From Eledone cirrhosa (taxonomy: Eukaryota), in the NCBI GenBank assembly GCA_964016885.1, contig OZ024760.1, forward strand, positions 30,008,001 to 30,072,000: a stretch of DNA of 64,000 nt, written 5' to 3'. This document shows positions 14,101 through 28,780 of this stretch, in pieces. Numbering within the stretch: position 1 is the first letter of the stretch; each line of letters starts with the position of its first letter. A model generated the notes under the pieces. It searched no databases, was not told the DNA's origin, and was given only the letters and a program-made list of their open reading frames with translations. A program made the position numbers and the translations under genes.

Positions 14101-17100
14101 ATGTTATGTAATGTAATGTATAATGTAATGTAATGTGTAATGTAATGTAATGTAATGTAATGTAATGTGTAATGTAATGTAATGTAATGTGTAATGTAAT
14201 GTAATGTAATGTAATGTAATGTAATGTAATGTAATGTGTAATGTAACGTAATGTAATGTAATGTAATGTGTAATGTAATGTATTGTAATGTAATGTAATG
14301 TATAAGGTAATGTAATGTAATGTAATGTGTAATGTAATGTAATGTAATGTAAAGTAATGTAATGTAATGTAATGTGTAATGTAATGTAATGTAATGTAAC
14401 GTAATGTAATGTGTAATGTAATGTAATGTAATGTGTAATGTAATGTAATGTAATGTAATGTAATGTAATGTAATGTAATGTAAAGTAATGTAATGTGTAA
14501 TGTAATGTAATGTAATGTAATGTTTAATGTAATGTAATGTAATGTAATGTAATGTAATGTTATGTTTAATGTAATGTAATGTAATGTAATATAATGTAAT
14601 TTTTAATGTAATGTAATGTAATGTAAATAATGTAATGTAATGTAATGTAATGTAATGTAGTGTGTAATGTAATGTAATGTAATGTAACGTAATGTAATGT
14701 GTAATGTAATGTAATGTGTAATGTAATGTAATGTAATGTGTAATGTAATGTAATGTAATGTAATGTAATGTAATGTGATGTAATGTAATGTGTACTGTAA
14801 TGTAATGTAATGTAAAGTAACGTAAAGTGTAATGTAATGTAATGTAACGTAATGTAATGTAATGTCATGTAATGTAATGTAATGTAATGTGTAATGAAAT
14901 GTAATGTAATGTAATGTAATGTAATGTAATGTGTAATGTAATGTAATGTAATGTAATGTAATGTGTAATGAAATGTAATGTAATGTAATGTAACGTAATA
15001 TGTAATGTAATGTAATGTAATGTAATGTAATGTAATGTAACGTAATGTAATGTCATGTAATGTAATGTAATGTGTAATGTAATGTAATGTAATGTAATAT
15101 AATGTAATTTTTAATGTAATGTATTGTAATGTAACGTAATCTAATGTGTAATGTAATGTAATGTAATGTAACGTAATGTAATGTTTAATGTAATGTAATG
15201 TAATGTAATGTAATGTAATGTAAGGAAATGTAATGTAATGTAATGTAATCTAATGTAATGTAATGTAATGTAATGTAATGTAATGTAACGTAATGTAATG
15301 CACTGTGTAATGTAATGTAATGTAATGTGATGTGTAATGTAATGTAATGTCATGTAATGTAATGTGTAATGTAATGTAATGTAATGTGTAATGTAATGTA
15401 ATGTTTAAAGTAACGTAATGTAACGTAATGAAATGTAATGTAATGTGTAATATACTGTAATGTAATGTAATGTGTAATGTAATGTAATGTAACGTAATGT
15501 AATGTAATGTGTAACGTAATGTAATGTAATGTAATGTAATGTAATGTAATGTAATGTAATGTAATGTGTAATGTAATGTAATGTAATGTAATGTAAAGTA
15601 ATGTAATGTGTAATGTGTAATGTAATGTAATGTAACGTGTAATGTAATGTAATGTAATGTAATGTAGTGTAACGTGTAATGTAATGTAACGTGTAATGTA
15701 ATGTAATGTAATGTAATGTGTAATGTAATGTAATGTAATGTAATGTAATGTAAAGTAATGTGTAATGTAATGTAATGTAATGTAATGTAATGTAATGTAA
15801 TGTAATGTAATGTATAATGTAATGTAATGTAATGTAATGTGTAATGTAATGTAATGTACTGTATAATGTAATGTAATGTAATGTGTAATGTAATGTAATG
15901 TAATGTAATGTAATGTAAAGTAATGTGTAATGTAATGTAATGTAATGTGTAATGTAATGTAATTTAATGTAGTGTAATGTATAATGTAATGTAATGTAAT
16001 GTAATGTAATGTAATGTAATGTAATGTAATGTAATGTAATGTAATGTAATGTGTAATGTAATGTAATGTAATGTGTAATGTAATTTAATGTAATGTAATG
16101 TGTAATGTAATGTAATGTATTGTAATGTGTAATGTAATGTAATGTTATGTAATGTAATGTATAATGTAATGTAATGTGTAATGTAATGTAATGGAATGTA
16201 ATGTAATGTGTAATGTAATCTAATGTAATGTGTAATGTAATGTAATGTAATGTAATGTAATGTAATGTAATGTAATGTGTAATGTAACGTAATGTAATGT
16301 AATGTAATGTGTAATGTAATGTATTGTAATGTAATGTAATGTATAAGGTAATGTAATGTAATGTAATGTGTAATGTAATGTAATGTAATGTAAAGTAATG
16401 TAATGTAATGTAATGTGTAATGTAATGTAATGTAATGTAACGTAATGTAATGTGTAATGTAATGTAATGTAATGTGTAATGTAATGTAATGTAATGTAAT
16501 GTAATGTAATGTAAAGTAATGTAATGTGTAATGTAATGTAATGTAATGTAATGTTTAATGTAATGTAATGTAATGTAATGTAATGTAATGTAATGTTATG
16601 TTTAAGGTAATGTAATGTAATGTAATATAATGTAATTTTTAATGTAATGTAATGTAATGTAAATAATGTAATGTAATGTAATGTAATGTAATGTAATGTA
16701 GTGTGTAATGTAATGTAATGTAATGTAACGTAATGTAATGTGTAATGTAATGTAATGTGTAATGTAATGTAATGTAATGTGTAATGTAATGTAATGTAAT
16801 GTAATGTAATGTAATGTGATGTAATGTAATGTGTACTGTAATGTAATGTAATGTAAAGTAACGTAAAGTGTAATGTAATGTAATGTAACGTAATGTAATG
16901 TAATGTCATGTAATGTAATGTAATGTAATGTGTAATGAAATGTAATGTAATGTAATGTAATGTAATGTAATGTGTAATGTAATGTAATGTAATGTAATGT
17001 AACGTGTAATGTAATGTAATGTAATGTAATATAATGTAATGTAATGTAATGTAATGTAATGTAATGTAACGTAATGTAATGTAATGTAATGTGTAATGAA

Positions 17101-17200
17101 ATGTAATGTAATGTAATGTAACGTAATATGTAATGTAATGTAATGTAATGTAATGTAATGTAATGTAACGTAATGTAATGTCATGTAATGTAATGTAATG
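8130..17200. repeat. Approximately 2.0-2.5 kb higher-order repeat domain (approximate bounds)
   Basis: The marker block gtgatg..gtgtactg..aaagtaacgtaaagtg..gtcatg recurs near 9965, 12435, 14775 and 16815. SINE copies 2 and 3 share long right-hand flanks at offset 2436. Confidence 0.75.
10379..10567 (-). mobile_element. SINE-like element, copy 3 (type A)
   Basis: As copy 1, but ggcgtgcgac replaces ggcgtccgac (+ strand). Confidence 0.85.
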
Positions 17201-20200
17201 TGTAATGTAATGTAATGTAATGTAATGTAATGTAATGTGTAATGTGTAATGTAATGTAATGTAATGTAATGTTTAATGTAATGTAATGTAATGTAATGTA
17301 ATGTAATGTAATGTAATGTTATGTTTAATGTAATGTAATGTAATGTAATATAATGTAATTTTTAATGTAATGTATTGTAATGTAATGTAATCTAATGTGT
17401 AATGTAATGTAATGTATTGTAACGTAATGTAATGTTTAATGTAATGTAATGTAATGTAATGTAATGTAATGTAAGGAAATGTAATGTAACGTGTAATGTA
17501 ATGTAATGTAATGTAATGTAATGTAACGTAATTTAATGTTTAATGTAATGTAATGTAATGTAATGTAATGTAATGAAATGTAATGTAATGTAATGTAATG
17601 TAATGTAATGTAATGTAATGTAATGTAATGTAATGTAATGTAACGTAATGTAATGTACTGTGTAATGTAATGTAATGTAATGTGATGTGTAATGTAATGT
17701 AATGTCATGTAATGTAATGTGTAATGTAATGTAATGTAATGTGTAATGTAATGTAATGTTTAAAGTAACGTAATGTAACGTAATGAAATGTAATGTAATG
17801 TGTAATATACTGTAATGTAATGTAATGTGTAATGTAATGTAATGTAACGTAATGTAATGTAATGTGTAACGTAATGTAATGTAATGTAATGTAATGTAAT
17901 GTAATGTAATGTAATGTAATGTAATGTAATGTGTAATGTAATGTAATGTAATGTAATGTAATGTAATGTAATGTGAAATGTAATGTAATGTAATGTAATG
18001 TAATGTAATGTGTAATGTAATGTAATGTGTAATGTAATGTAATGTAATGTAATGTAATGTGTAATGTAATGTAATGTAATATAATGTAATCTAAAGTAAT
18101 GTAATTTAATGTAACGTGTAATGTAATGTAATGTAATGTAATGTAATGTAATGTGTAATGTAATGTAATGTAATGTAACGTAATGTAATGTAATGTAATG
18201 TAATGTAATGTAATGTAATGTAATGTGTAATGTGTAATGTAATGTAATGTAATGTAATGTGTAATGTAATGTAATGTAATGTAATGTAATGTAATGTAAC
18301 GTGTAATGAAATGTAATGTAATGTAATGTAATGTGTAATGTAATGTAATGTAATATAATGTGTAATGTAATGTAATGTAATGTGTAATGTAATGTAATGC
18401 AATGTAATGTAATGTAATGTGTAATGTAATGTAATGTTATGTAATGTAATGTATAATGTAATGTAATGTAATGTTATGTAATGTAATGTGTAACGTAATG
18501 TAATGTAATGCAATGTAATATTTAATGTAACGTAATGTAATGTAATGTGTAACGTAATGTAATGTAATGTAACGTGTAATGTAATGTAATGTAATGTAAT
18601 GTAATGTAATGTAATGTAATGTAATGTAATGTAATGTAATGTAATGTGTAATGTAATGTAATGTAATGTAATGTAATGTAATGTAATGTAATGTAATGTG
18701 TAATGTAATGTAATGTAATGTAATGTGTAATGTAATGTAATGTAATGTAATGTGTAATGTAATGTAATGTAATGTAATGCAATGTAGTGTAATGTGTAAT
18801 GTAATGTAATGTAATCTAATGTGTAATGTAATTTAATGTAATGTAATATGTAACGTAATGTAATGTAATGTAATTTAATGTAATGTCTAACGTAATGTAA
18901 TGTAATGTAATGTAATGTAATGTGTAATGTAATGCAATGTAATGTAATGTGCAATGTAATGTAATGTAATATAATGTAATTTTTAATGTAATGTAATGTA
19001 ATGTAATGTAATCTAATGTGTAGTGTAATGTAATGTAATATAATGTAACGTAATGTAATTTTTAATGTAATGTAATGCAATGTAATGTAATGTAATGTAA
19101 TGCGATGAAATGTAATGTAACGTGTAATGTAATGTAATGTAATGTAATGTAATGTAATGTAATGTAATGTAACGTAATGTAATGTACTGTGTAATGTAAT
19201 GTAATGTAATGTGTAATGTAATGTAATATAATGTGTAATGTAATGTAATGTAATGTGTAATGTAATGTAATGTTTAAAGTAACGTAATGTAACGTAATGA
19301 AATGTAATGTAATGTGTAATATACTGTAATGTAATGTAATGTAATGTAATGTTTAAAGTAACGTAATGTAACGTAATGAAATGTTATGTAATGTGTAATA
19401 TACTGTAATGTAATGTAATGTAATGTAATGTGTAATGTAATGTAATGTAATGTAATGTAATGTAATGTAATGTAATGTGTAATGTAATGTAATGTAATGT
19501 GTAATGTAATGTAACGTGTAATGTAATGTAATGTAATGTGTAATGTAATGTAATGTAATGTAGTGTAATGTATAATGTAATGTAATGTAGTGTAATGTAT
19601 AATGTAATGTAATGCAATGTGTAATGTAATGTAATGTGTAATGTGTAATGTAAAGTAATGTAATGTGTAATGTAATGTAATGTAATGTGTAATGTAATGT
19701 AATGTAATGTGTAATGTAATGTAACGTAATGTAACGTAATGTAATGTGTAATGTGTAATGTAATGTGTAATGTAATGTAATGTAATGTAATGTAATGTAA
19801 CGTGTAATGAAATGTAATGTAATGTAATGTAATGTGTAATTTAATGTAATGTAATATAATGTGTAATGTAATGTAATGTAATGTGTAATGTAATGTAATG
19901 TAATGTAATGTAATGTGTAATGTAATGTAATGTTATGTAATGTAATGTATAATGTAATGTAATGTAATGTAATGTGTAATGTAATGTAATGTAGTGTGTA
20001 ATGTAATGTAATGTAATGTAACGTAATGTAATGTGTAATGTAATGTAATGTGTAATGTAATGTAATGTAATGTGTAATGTAATGTAATGTAATGTAATGT
20101 AATGTGATGTAATGTAATGTGTACTGTAATGTAATGTAATGTAAAGTAACGTAAAGTGTAATGTAATGTAATGTAACGTAATGTAATGTAATGTCATGTA

Positions 20201-23200
20201 ATGTAATGTAATGTAATGTGTAATGAAATGTAATGTAATGTAATGTAATGTAATGTAATGTGTAATGTAATGTAATGTAATGTAACGTGTAATGTAATGT
20301 AATGTAATGTAATATAATGTAATGTAATGTAATGTAATGTAATGTAATGTAACGTAATGTAATGTAATGTAATGTGTAATGAAATGTAATGTAATGTAAT
20401 GTAACGTAATATGTAATGTAATGTAATGTAATGTAATGTAATGTAATGTAACGTAATGTAATGTCATGTAATGTAATGTAATGTGTAATGTAATGTAATG
20501 TAATGTAATGTAATGTAATGTGTAATGTGTAATGTAATGTAATGTAATGTAATGTTTAATGTAATGTAATGTAATGTAATGTAATGTAATGTAATGTAAT
20601 GTTATGTTTAATGTAATGTAATGTAATGTAATATAATGTAATTTTTAATGTAATGTATTGTAATGTAATGTAATCTAATGTGTAATGTAATGTAATGTAA
20701 TGTAACGTAATGTAATGTTTAATGTAATGTAATGTAATGTAATGTAATGTAATGTAAGGAAATGTAATGTAACGTGTAATGTAATGTAATGTAATGTAAT
20801 GTAATGTAATGTAACGTAATGTAATGTTTAATGTAATGTAATGTAATGTAATGTAATGTAATGAAATGTAATGTAATGTAATGTAATGTAATGTAATGTA
20901 ATGTAATGTAATGTAATGTAATGTAATGTAATGTAATGTAATGTAATGTAATGTAATGTAATGTAATGTAATGTAATGTAATGTAATGTAACGTAATGTA
21001 ATGTACTGTGTAATGTAATGTAATGTAATGTGATGTGTAATGTAATGTAATGTCATGTAATGTAATGTGTAATGTAATGTAATGTAATGTGTAATGTAAT
21101 GTAATGTTTAAAGTAACGTAATGTAACGTAATGAAATGTAATGTAATGTGTAATATACTGTAATGTAATGTAATGTGTAATGTAATGTAATGTAACGTAA
21201 TGTAATGTAATGTGTAACGTAATGTAATGTAATGTAATGTAATGTAATGTAATGTAATGTAATGTAATGTAATGTGTAATGTAATGTAATGTAATGTAAT
21301 GTAATGTAATGTAATGTGAAATGTAATGTAATGTAATGTAATGTAATGTAATGTAATGTGTAATGTAATGTAATGTAACGTGTAATGTAATGTAATGTAA
21401 TGTAATGTAATGTGTAATGTAATGTAATGTAATATAATGTAATCTAAAGTAATGTAATTTAATGTAACGTGTAATGTAATGTAATGTAATGTAATGTAAT
21501 GTAATGTAATGTGTAATGTAATGTAATGTAATGTAACGTAATGTAATGTAATGTAATGTAATGTAATGTAATGTAATGTGTAATGTGTAATGTAATGTAA
21601 TGTAATGTAATGTGTAATGTAATGTAATGTAATGTAATGTAATGTAATGTAACGTGTAATGAAATGTAATGTAATGTAATGTAATGTGTAATGTAATGTA
21701 ATGTAATATAATGTGTAATGTAATGTAATGTAATGTGTAATGTAATGTAATGCAATGTAATGTAATGTAATGTGTAATGTAATGTAATGTTATGTAATGT
21801 AATGTATAATGTAATGTAATGTAATGTTATGTAATGTAATGTGTAACGTAATGTAATGTAATGCAATGTAATATTTAATGTAACGTAATGTAATGTAATG
21901 TGTAACGTAATGTAATGTAATGTAATGTAATGTAATGTAATGTAATGTAATGTAATGTAATGTAATGTAATGTAATGTGTAATGTAATGTAATGTAATGT
22001 AATGTAATGTAATGTAATGTAATGTAATGTGTAATGTAATGTAATGTAATGTAATGTGTAATGTAATGTAATGTAATGTAATGTGTAATGTAATGTAATG
22101 TAATGTAATGCAATGTAGTGTAATGTGTAATGTAATGTAATGTAATCTAATGTGTAATGTAATTTAATGTAATGTAATATGTAACGTAATGTAATGTAAT
22201 GTAATTTAATGTAATGTCTAACGTAATGTAATGTAATGTAATGTAATGTAATGTAATGTAATGTGTAATGTAATGTAATGTAATGTAATGTGCAATGTAA
22301 TGTAATGTAATATAATGTAATTTTTAATGTAATGTAATGTAATGTAATGTAATCTAATGTGTAATGTAATGTAATGTAATATAATGTAACGTAATGTAAT
22401 TTTTAATGTAATGTAATGTAATGTAATGTAATGTAATGTGATGAAATGTAATGTAACGTGTAATGTAATGTAATGTAATGTAATGTAATGTAATGTAATG
22501 TAATGTAACGTAATGTAATGTACTGTGTAATGTAATGTAATGTAATGTGTAATGTAATGTAATATAATGTGTAATGTAATGTAATGTAATGTGTAATGTA
22601 ATGTAATGTTTAAAGTAACGTAATGTAACGTAATGAAATGTAATGTAATGCGTAATATACTGTAATGTAATGTAATGTAATGTAATGTTTAAAGTAACGT
22701 AATGTAACGTAATGAAATGTTATGTAATGTGTAATATACTGTAATGTAATGTAATGTAATGTAATGTGTAATGTAATGTAATGTAATGTAATGTAATGTA
22801 ATGTAATGTAATGTGTAATGTAATGTAATGTAATGTGTAATGTAATGTAACGTGTAATGTAATGTAATGTAATGTGTAATGTAATGTAATGTAATGTAGT
22901 GTAATGTATAATGTAATGTAATGTAGTGTAATGTATAATGTAATGTAATGTAATGTGTAATGTAATGTAATGTGTAATGTGTAATGTAAAGTAATGTAAT
23001 GTGTAATGTAATGTAATGTAATGTGTAATGTAATGTAATGTAATGTGTAATGTAATGTAACGTAATGTAACGTAATGTAATGTGTAATGTGTAATGTAAT
23101 GTGTAATGTAATGTAATGTAATGTAATGTAATGTAACGTGTAATGAAATGTAATGTAATGTAATGTAATGTGTAATTTAATGTAATGTAATATAATGTGT
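16700..23200. repeat. Approximately 3.3 kb higher-order duplication (approximate bounds)
   Basis: The same variant order recurs at offsets of about 3280-3350 (ORF ends 17184/20467, 17708/21056, 18782/22113). Confidence 0.7.
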
Positions 23201-23600
23201 AATGTAATGTAATGTAATGTGTAATGTAATGTAATGTAATGTAATGTAATGTGTAATGTAATGTAATGTTATGTAATGTAATGTATAATGTAATGTAATG
23301 TAATGTGTAATGTAATGTAATGTAATGCAATGTAATATGTAATGTAACGCAATGTAATGTGTAACGTAATGTAATGTAATGTGTAATGTAATGTAATGTA
23401 AAGTAATGTAATGTGTAATGTAATGTAATGTAATGTAATGTGTAATGTCATGTAATGTAATGTAATGTGCAATGTAATGTAATGTATTGTAATGTAATGT
23501 AATTGTTTCTAATTTAGGCACTCGTCAGCAATTACCCTGTGCATTACTGGTACTTTATTTTATCGACCCCGTAAGGATGAAAAGCAAAGTCAACCTCGGT

Positions 23601-23613
23601 GGGATTTGAACTC
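23601..23613 (-). promoter_or_regulatory. Putative Pol III B box (shown for copy 4, intact in copies 4-6 and 8-14)
   Basis: Minus strand GAGTTCAAATCCC matches GTTCRANNCC and lies about 50 nt downstream of the A box. Confidence 0.75.
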
Positions 23614-23663
23614 AGATCGTAAAGGGACGTAACTATGCTGGAAAGCATGGCGTCAGACCCTCT

Positions 23664-23676
23664 ACCGATACTGCCA
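23664..23676 (-). promoter_or_regulatory. Putative Pol III A box (shown for copy 4, same sequence in all 14 copies)
   Basis: Minus strand TGGCAGTATCGGT lies about 10 nt inside the GGCGG start and is a loose match to the TRGCNNARYGG type 2 promoter A box. Confidence 0.6.
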
Positions 23677-24794
23677 ATCCACCGCCGTTTGTAATGTAAT
23701 GTAATGTAATGTAATGTGTAATGTAATGTAATATAATGTGTAATGTAATGTAATGTAATGTGTAATGTAATGTAATGTTTAAAGTAACGTAATGTAACGT
23801 AATGAAATGTAATGTAATGTGTAATATACTGTAATGTAATGTAATGTAATGTAATGTTTAAAGTAACGTAATGTAACGTAATGAAATGTTATGTAATGTG
23901 TAATATACTGTAATGTAATGTAATGTAATGTAATGTAATGTGTAATGTAATGTGTAATGTAATGTAATGTAATGTAATGTAATGTAATGTAATGTGTAAT
24001 GTAATGTAATGCAATGTGTAATGTAATGTAACGTGTAATGTAATGTAATGTAATGTGTAATGTAATGTAATGTAATGTAGTGTAATGTATAATGTAATGT
24101 AATGTAGTGTAATGTATAATGTAATGTAATGTAATGTGTAATGTAATGTAATGTGTAATGTGTAATGTAAAGTAATGTAATGTGTAATGTAATGTAATGT
24201 AATGTGTAATGTAATGTAATGTAATGTGTAATGTAATGTAACGTAATGTAACGTAATGTAATGTGTAATGTGTAATGTAATGTAATGTAATGTGTAATGT
24301 AATGTAATGTAATGTAATGTAACGTGTAATGAAATGTAATGTAATGTAATGTAATGTGTAATTTAATGTAATGTAATGTGTAATGTAATGTAATGTAATG
24401 TGTAATGTAATGTAATGTAATGTAATGTAATGTGTAATGTAATGTAATGTTATGTAATGTAATGTATAATGTAATGTAATGTAATGTAATGTGTAATGTA
24501 ATGTAATGTAATGCAATGTAATATGTAATGTAACGCAATGTAATGTGTAACGTAATGTAATGTAATGTGTAATGTAATGTAATGTAAAGTAATGTAATGT
24601 GTAATGTAATGTAATGTAATGTAATGTGTAATGTCATGTAATGTAATGTAATGTGCAATGTAATGTAATGTATTGTAATGTAATGTAATGTAAAGTAATG
24701 TAATGTGTAATGTAATGTAATGTAATGTAATGTGTAATGTCATGTAATGTAATGTAATGTGCAATGTAATGTAATGTATTGTAATGTAATGTAA

Positions 24795-24982
24795 TTGTTT
24801 CTAATTTAGGCACTCGTCAGCAATTACCCTGTGCGTTACTGGTACTTTATTTTATCGACCCCGTAAGGATGAAAAGCAAAGTCAACCTCGGTGGGATTTG
24901 AACTCAGATCGTAAAGGGACGTAACTATGCTGGAAAGCATGGCGTCAGACCCTCTACCGATACTGCCAATCCACCGCCGTTT
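24795..24982 (-). mobile_element. SINE-like element, copy 5 (type B)
   Basis: As copy 4 with the private change gtgcgttact. Confidence 0.88.
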
Positions 24983-26294
24983 GTAATGTAATGTAATGTA
25001 ATGTAATGTAATGTAATGTAATGTGTAATGTAATGTAATGTAATGTAACGTAATGTGTAATGTAATGTAATGTAATGTAATGTAATGTGTAATGTAATGT
25101 AATGTTTAATGTAATGTAATGTAATGTAATGTAATGTAATGTAATGTGTAATGTAATGTAATGTAATGTAATGTAATGTGTAATGTTATTAATGTAATGT
25201 AATGTAATGTAATGTGTAATGTAATGTAATGTAATGTAATGTAATGTAATGTGTAATGTAATGTAATGTAATGTAATATGTAATGTGTAATGTAATGTAA
25301 TGTAATGTAATGTAATGTAATGTAACGTAATGTGTAATTTAATGTAATGTAATGTAATGTGTAATGTAATGTAATATAATGTGTAATGTAATGTAATGTA
25401 ATGTGTAATGTAATGTAATGTTTAAAGTAACGTAATGTAACGTAATGAAATGTAATGTAATGTGTAATATACTGTAATGTAATGTAATGTAATGTAATGT
25501 TTAAAGTAACGTAATGTAACGTAATGAAATGTAATGTAATGTGTAATATACTGTAATGTAATGTAATGTAATGTAATGTAATGTAATGTGTAATGTAATG
25601 TGTAATGTAATGTAATGTACTGTAATGTAATGTAATGTAATGTAATGTGTAATGTAATGTAATGTAATGTGTAATGTAATGTAACGTGTAATGTAATGTA
25701 ATGTAATGTGTAATGTAATGTAATGTAATGTAGTGTAATGTATAATGTAATGTAATGTAGTGTAATGTATAATGTAATGTAATGTAATGTGTAATGTAAT
25801 GTAATGTGTAATGTGTAATGTAAAGTAATGTAATGTGTAATGTAATGTAATGTAATGTGTAATGTAATGTAATGTAATGTATAATGTAATGTAACGTAAT
25901 GTAACGTAATGTAATGTGTAATGTGTAATGTAATGTAATGTAATGTGTAATGTAATGTAATGTAATGTAATGTAAGGTGTAATGAAATGTAATGTAATGT
26001 AATGTAATGTGTAATTTAATGTAATGTAATATAATGTGTAATGTAATGTAATGTAATGTGTAATGTAATGTAATGTATAATGTAATGTAATGTAATGTAA
26101 TGTGTAATGTAATGTAATGTAATGCAATGTAATATGTAATGTAACGCAATGTAATGTGTAACGTAATGTAATGTAATGTGTAATGTAATGTAATGTAAAG
26201 TAATGTAATGTGTAATGTAATGTAATGTAATGTAATGTGTAATGTCATGTAATGTAATGTGCAATGTAATGTAATGTATTGTAATGTAATGTAA

Positions 26295-26482
26295 TTGTTT
26301 CTAATTTAGGCACTCGTTAGCAATTACCCTGTGCATTACTGGTACTTTATTTTATCGACCCCGTAAGGATGAAAAGCAAAGTCAACCTCGGTGGGATTTG
26401 AACTCAGATCGTAAAGGGACGTAACTATGCTGGAAAGCATGGCGTCAGACCCTCTACCGATACTGCCAATCCACCGCCGTTT
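26295..26482 (-). mobile_element. SINE-like element, copy 6 (type B)
   Basis: As copy 4 with the private change cactcgttag. Confidence 0.88.
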
Positions 26483-27059
26483 GTAATGTAATGTAATGTA
26501 ATGTAATGTAATGTAATGTGTAATGTAATGTAATGTAATGTAACGTAATGTGTAATGTAATGTAATGTAATGTAATGTGTAATGTAATGTAATGTTTAAT
26601 GTAATGTAATGTAATGTAATGTAATGTGTAATATAATGTAATGTAATGTTATGTAATGTAATATGTAATGTGTAATGTAATGTAATGTAATGTAATGTAA
26701 TGTAACGTAATGTGTAATTTAATGTAATGTAATGTAATGTGTAATGTAATGTAATGTAATGAAATGTGTAATGTAATGTAATGTAATGTAATGTTTAATG
26801 TAATGTAATGTAATGTAATGTAATGTGTAATGTAATGTAATGTAATGTAATGTGTAATGTAATGTAATGTAATGTAATGTAATGTAACGTAATGTGTAAT
26901 TTAATGTAATGTAATGTAATGTGTAATGTAATGTAATGTAATGAAATGTGTAATGTAATGTAATGTAATGTAATGTTTAATGTAATGTAATGTAATGTGT
27001 AATGTCATGTAATGTAATGTAATGTGCAATGTAATGTAATGTATTGTAATGTAATGTAA

Positions 27060-27247
27060 TTGTTTCTAATTTAGGCACTCGTCAGCAATTACCCTGTGCA
27101 TTACTGGTACTTTATTTTATCGACCCCGTAAGGATGAAAAGCAAAGTCAACCTCGGTGGGATTTGAAATCAGATCGTAAAGGGACGTAACTATGCTGGAA
27201 AGCATGGCGTCAGACCCTCTACCGATACTGCCAATCCACCGCCGTTT
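27060..27247 (-). mobile_element. SINE-like element, copy 7 (type B, B-box point change)
   Basis: As copy 4 but gggatttgaaatc (minus GATTTCAAATCCC). Confidence 0.88.
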
Positions 27248-28592
27248 GTAATGTAATGTAATGTAATGTAATGTAATGTAATGTGTAATGTAATGTAATG
27301 TAATGTAACGTAATGTGTAATGTAATGTAATGTAATGTAATGTAATGTGTAATGTAATGTAATGTTTAATGTAATGTAATGTAATGTAATGTAATGTGTA
27401 ATATAATGTAATGTAATGTAATATAATATAATGTGTAATGTAATGTAATGTAATGTAATGCAATGTGTAATGTAATGTAATGTAATGTAATGTAATGTGT
27501 AATGTAATGTAATGTAATGTAATATGTAATGTGTAATGTAATGTAATGTAATGTAATGTAATGTAACGTAATGTGTAATTTAATGTAATGTAATGTAATG
27601 TGTAATGTAATGTAATATAATGTGTAATGTAATGTAATGTAATGTGTAATGTAATGTAATGTTTAAAGTAACGTAATGTAACGTAATGAAATGTAATGTA
27701 ATGTGTAATATACTGTAATGTAATGTAATGTAATGTAATGTTTAAAGTAACGTAATGTAACGTAATGAAATGTAATGTAATGTGTAATATACTGTAATGT
27801 AATGTAATGTAATGTAATGTAATGTAATGTGTAATGTAATGTGTAATGTAATGTAATGTAATGTAATGTAATGTAATGTAATGTAATGTGTAATGTAATG
27901 TAATGTAATGTGTAATGTAATGTAACGTGTAATGTAATGTAATGTAATGTGTAATGTAATGTAATGTAATGTAGTGTAATGTATAATGTAATGTAATGTA
28001 GTGTAATGTATAATGTAATGTAATGTAATGTGTAATGTAATGTAATGTGTAATGTGTAATGTAAAGTAATGTAATGTGTAATGTAATGTAATGTAATGTG
28101 TAATGTAATGTAATGTAATGTGTAATGTAATGTAACGTAATGTAACGTAATGTAATGTGTAATGTGTAATGTAATGTGTAATGTAATGTAATGTAATGTA
28201 ATGTAATGGAACGTGTAATGAAATGTAATGTAATGTAATGTAATGTAATGTGTAATTTAATGTAATGTAATATAATGTGTAATGTAATGTAATGTAATGT
28301 GTAATGTAATGTAATGTAATGTAATGTAATGTAATGTGTAATGTAATGTAATGTTATGTAATGTAATGTATAATGTAATGTAATGTAATGTAATGTGTAA
28401 TGTAATGTAATGTAATGCAATGTAATATGTAATGTAACGCAATGTAATGTGTAACGTAATGTAATGTAATGTGTAATGTAATGTAATGTAAAGTAATGTA
28501 ATGTGTAATGTAATGTAATGTAATGTAATGTGTAATGTCATGTAATGTAATGTAATGTGCAATGTAATGTAATGTATTGTAATGTAATGTAA

Positions 28593-28780
28593 TTGTTTCT
28601 AATTTAGGCACTCGTCAGCAATTACCCTGTGCATTACTGGTACTTTATTTTATCGACCCCGTAAGGATGAAAAGCAAAGTCAACCTCGGTGGGATTTGAA
28701 CTCAGATCGTAAAGGGACGTAACTATGCTGGAAAGCATGGCGTCAGACCCTCTACCGATACTGCCAATCCACCGCCGTTT
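28593..28780 (-). mobile_element. SINE-like element, copy 8 (type B)
   Basis: Appears identical to copy 4. Confidence 0.88.

Larger units (their letters stand above)
23503..23690 (-). mobile_element. SINE-like element, copy 4 (type B, intact B box)
   Basis: 188 bp. Diagnostic + strand sites are cactcgtcagc, gggatttgaactc (minus GAGTTCAAATCCC) and ggcgtcagac. Confidence 0.88.

Noticed and set aside
23503-23535. Hammerhead-like CTGACGA...GAAAC on the minus strand of most type B and C copies
   Set aside because: There is no stem II closing pair and no complementary stem III/NUH or stem I arrangement. The motif is absent from type A and from copy 6.
23590-23690. Functional tRNA gene
   Set aside because: It has A and B boxes, but I cannot form a canonical cloverleaf with an anticodon arm, and it continues into a SINE body and tail.
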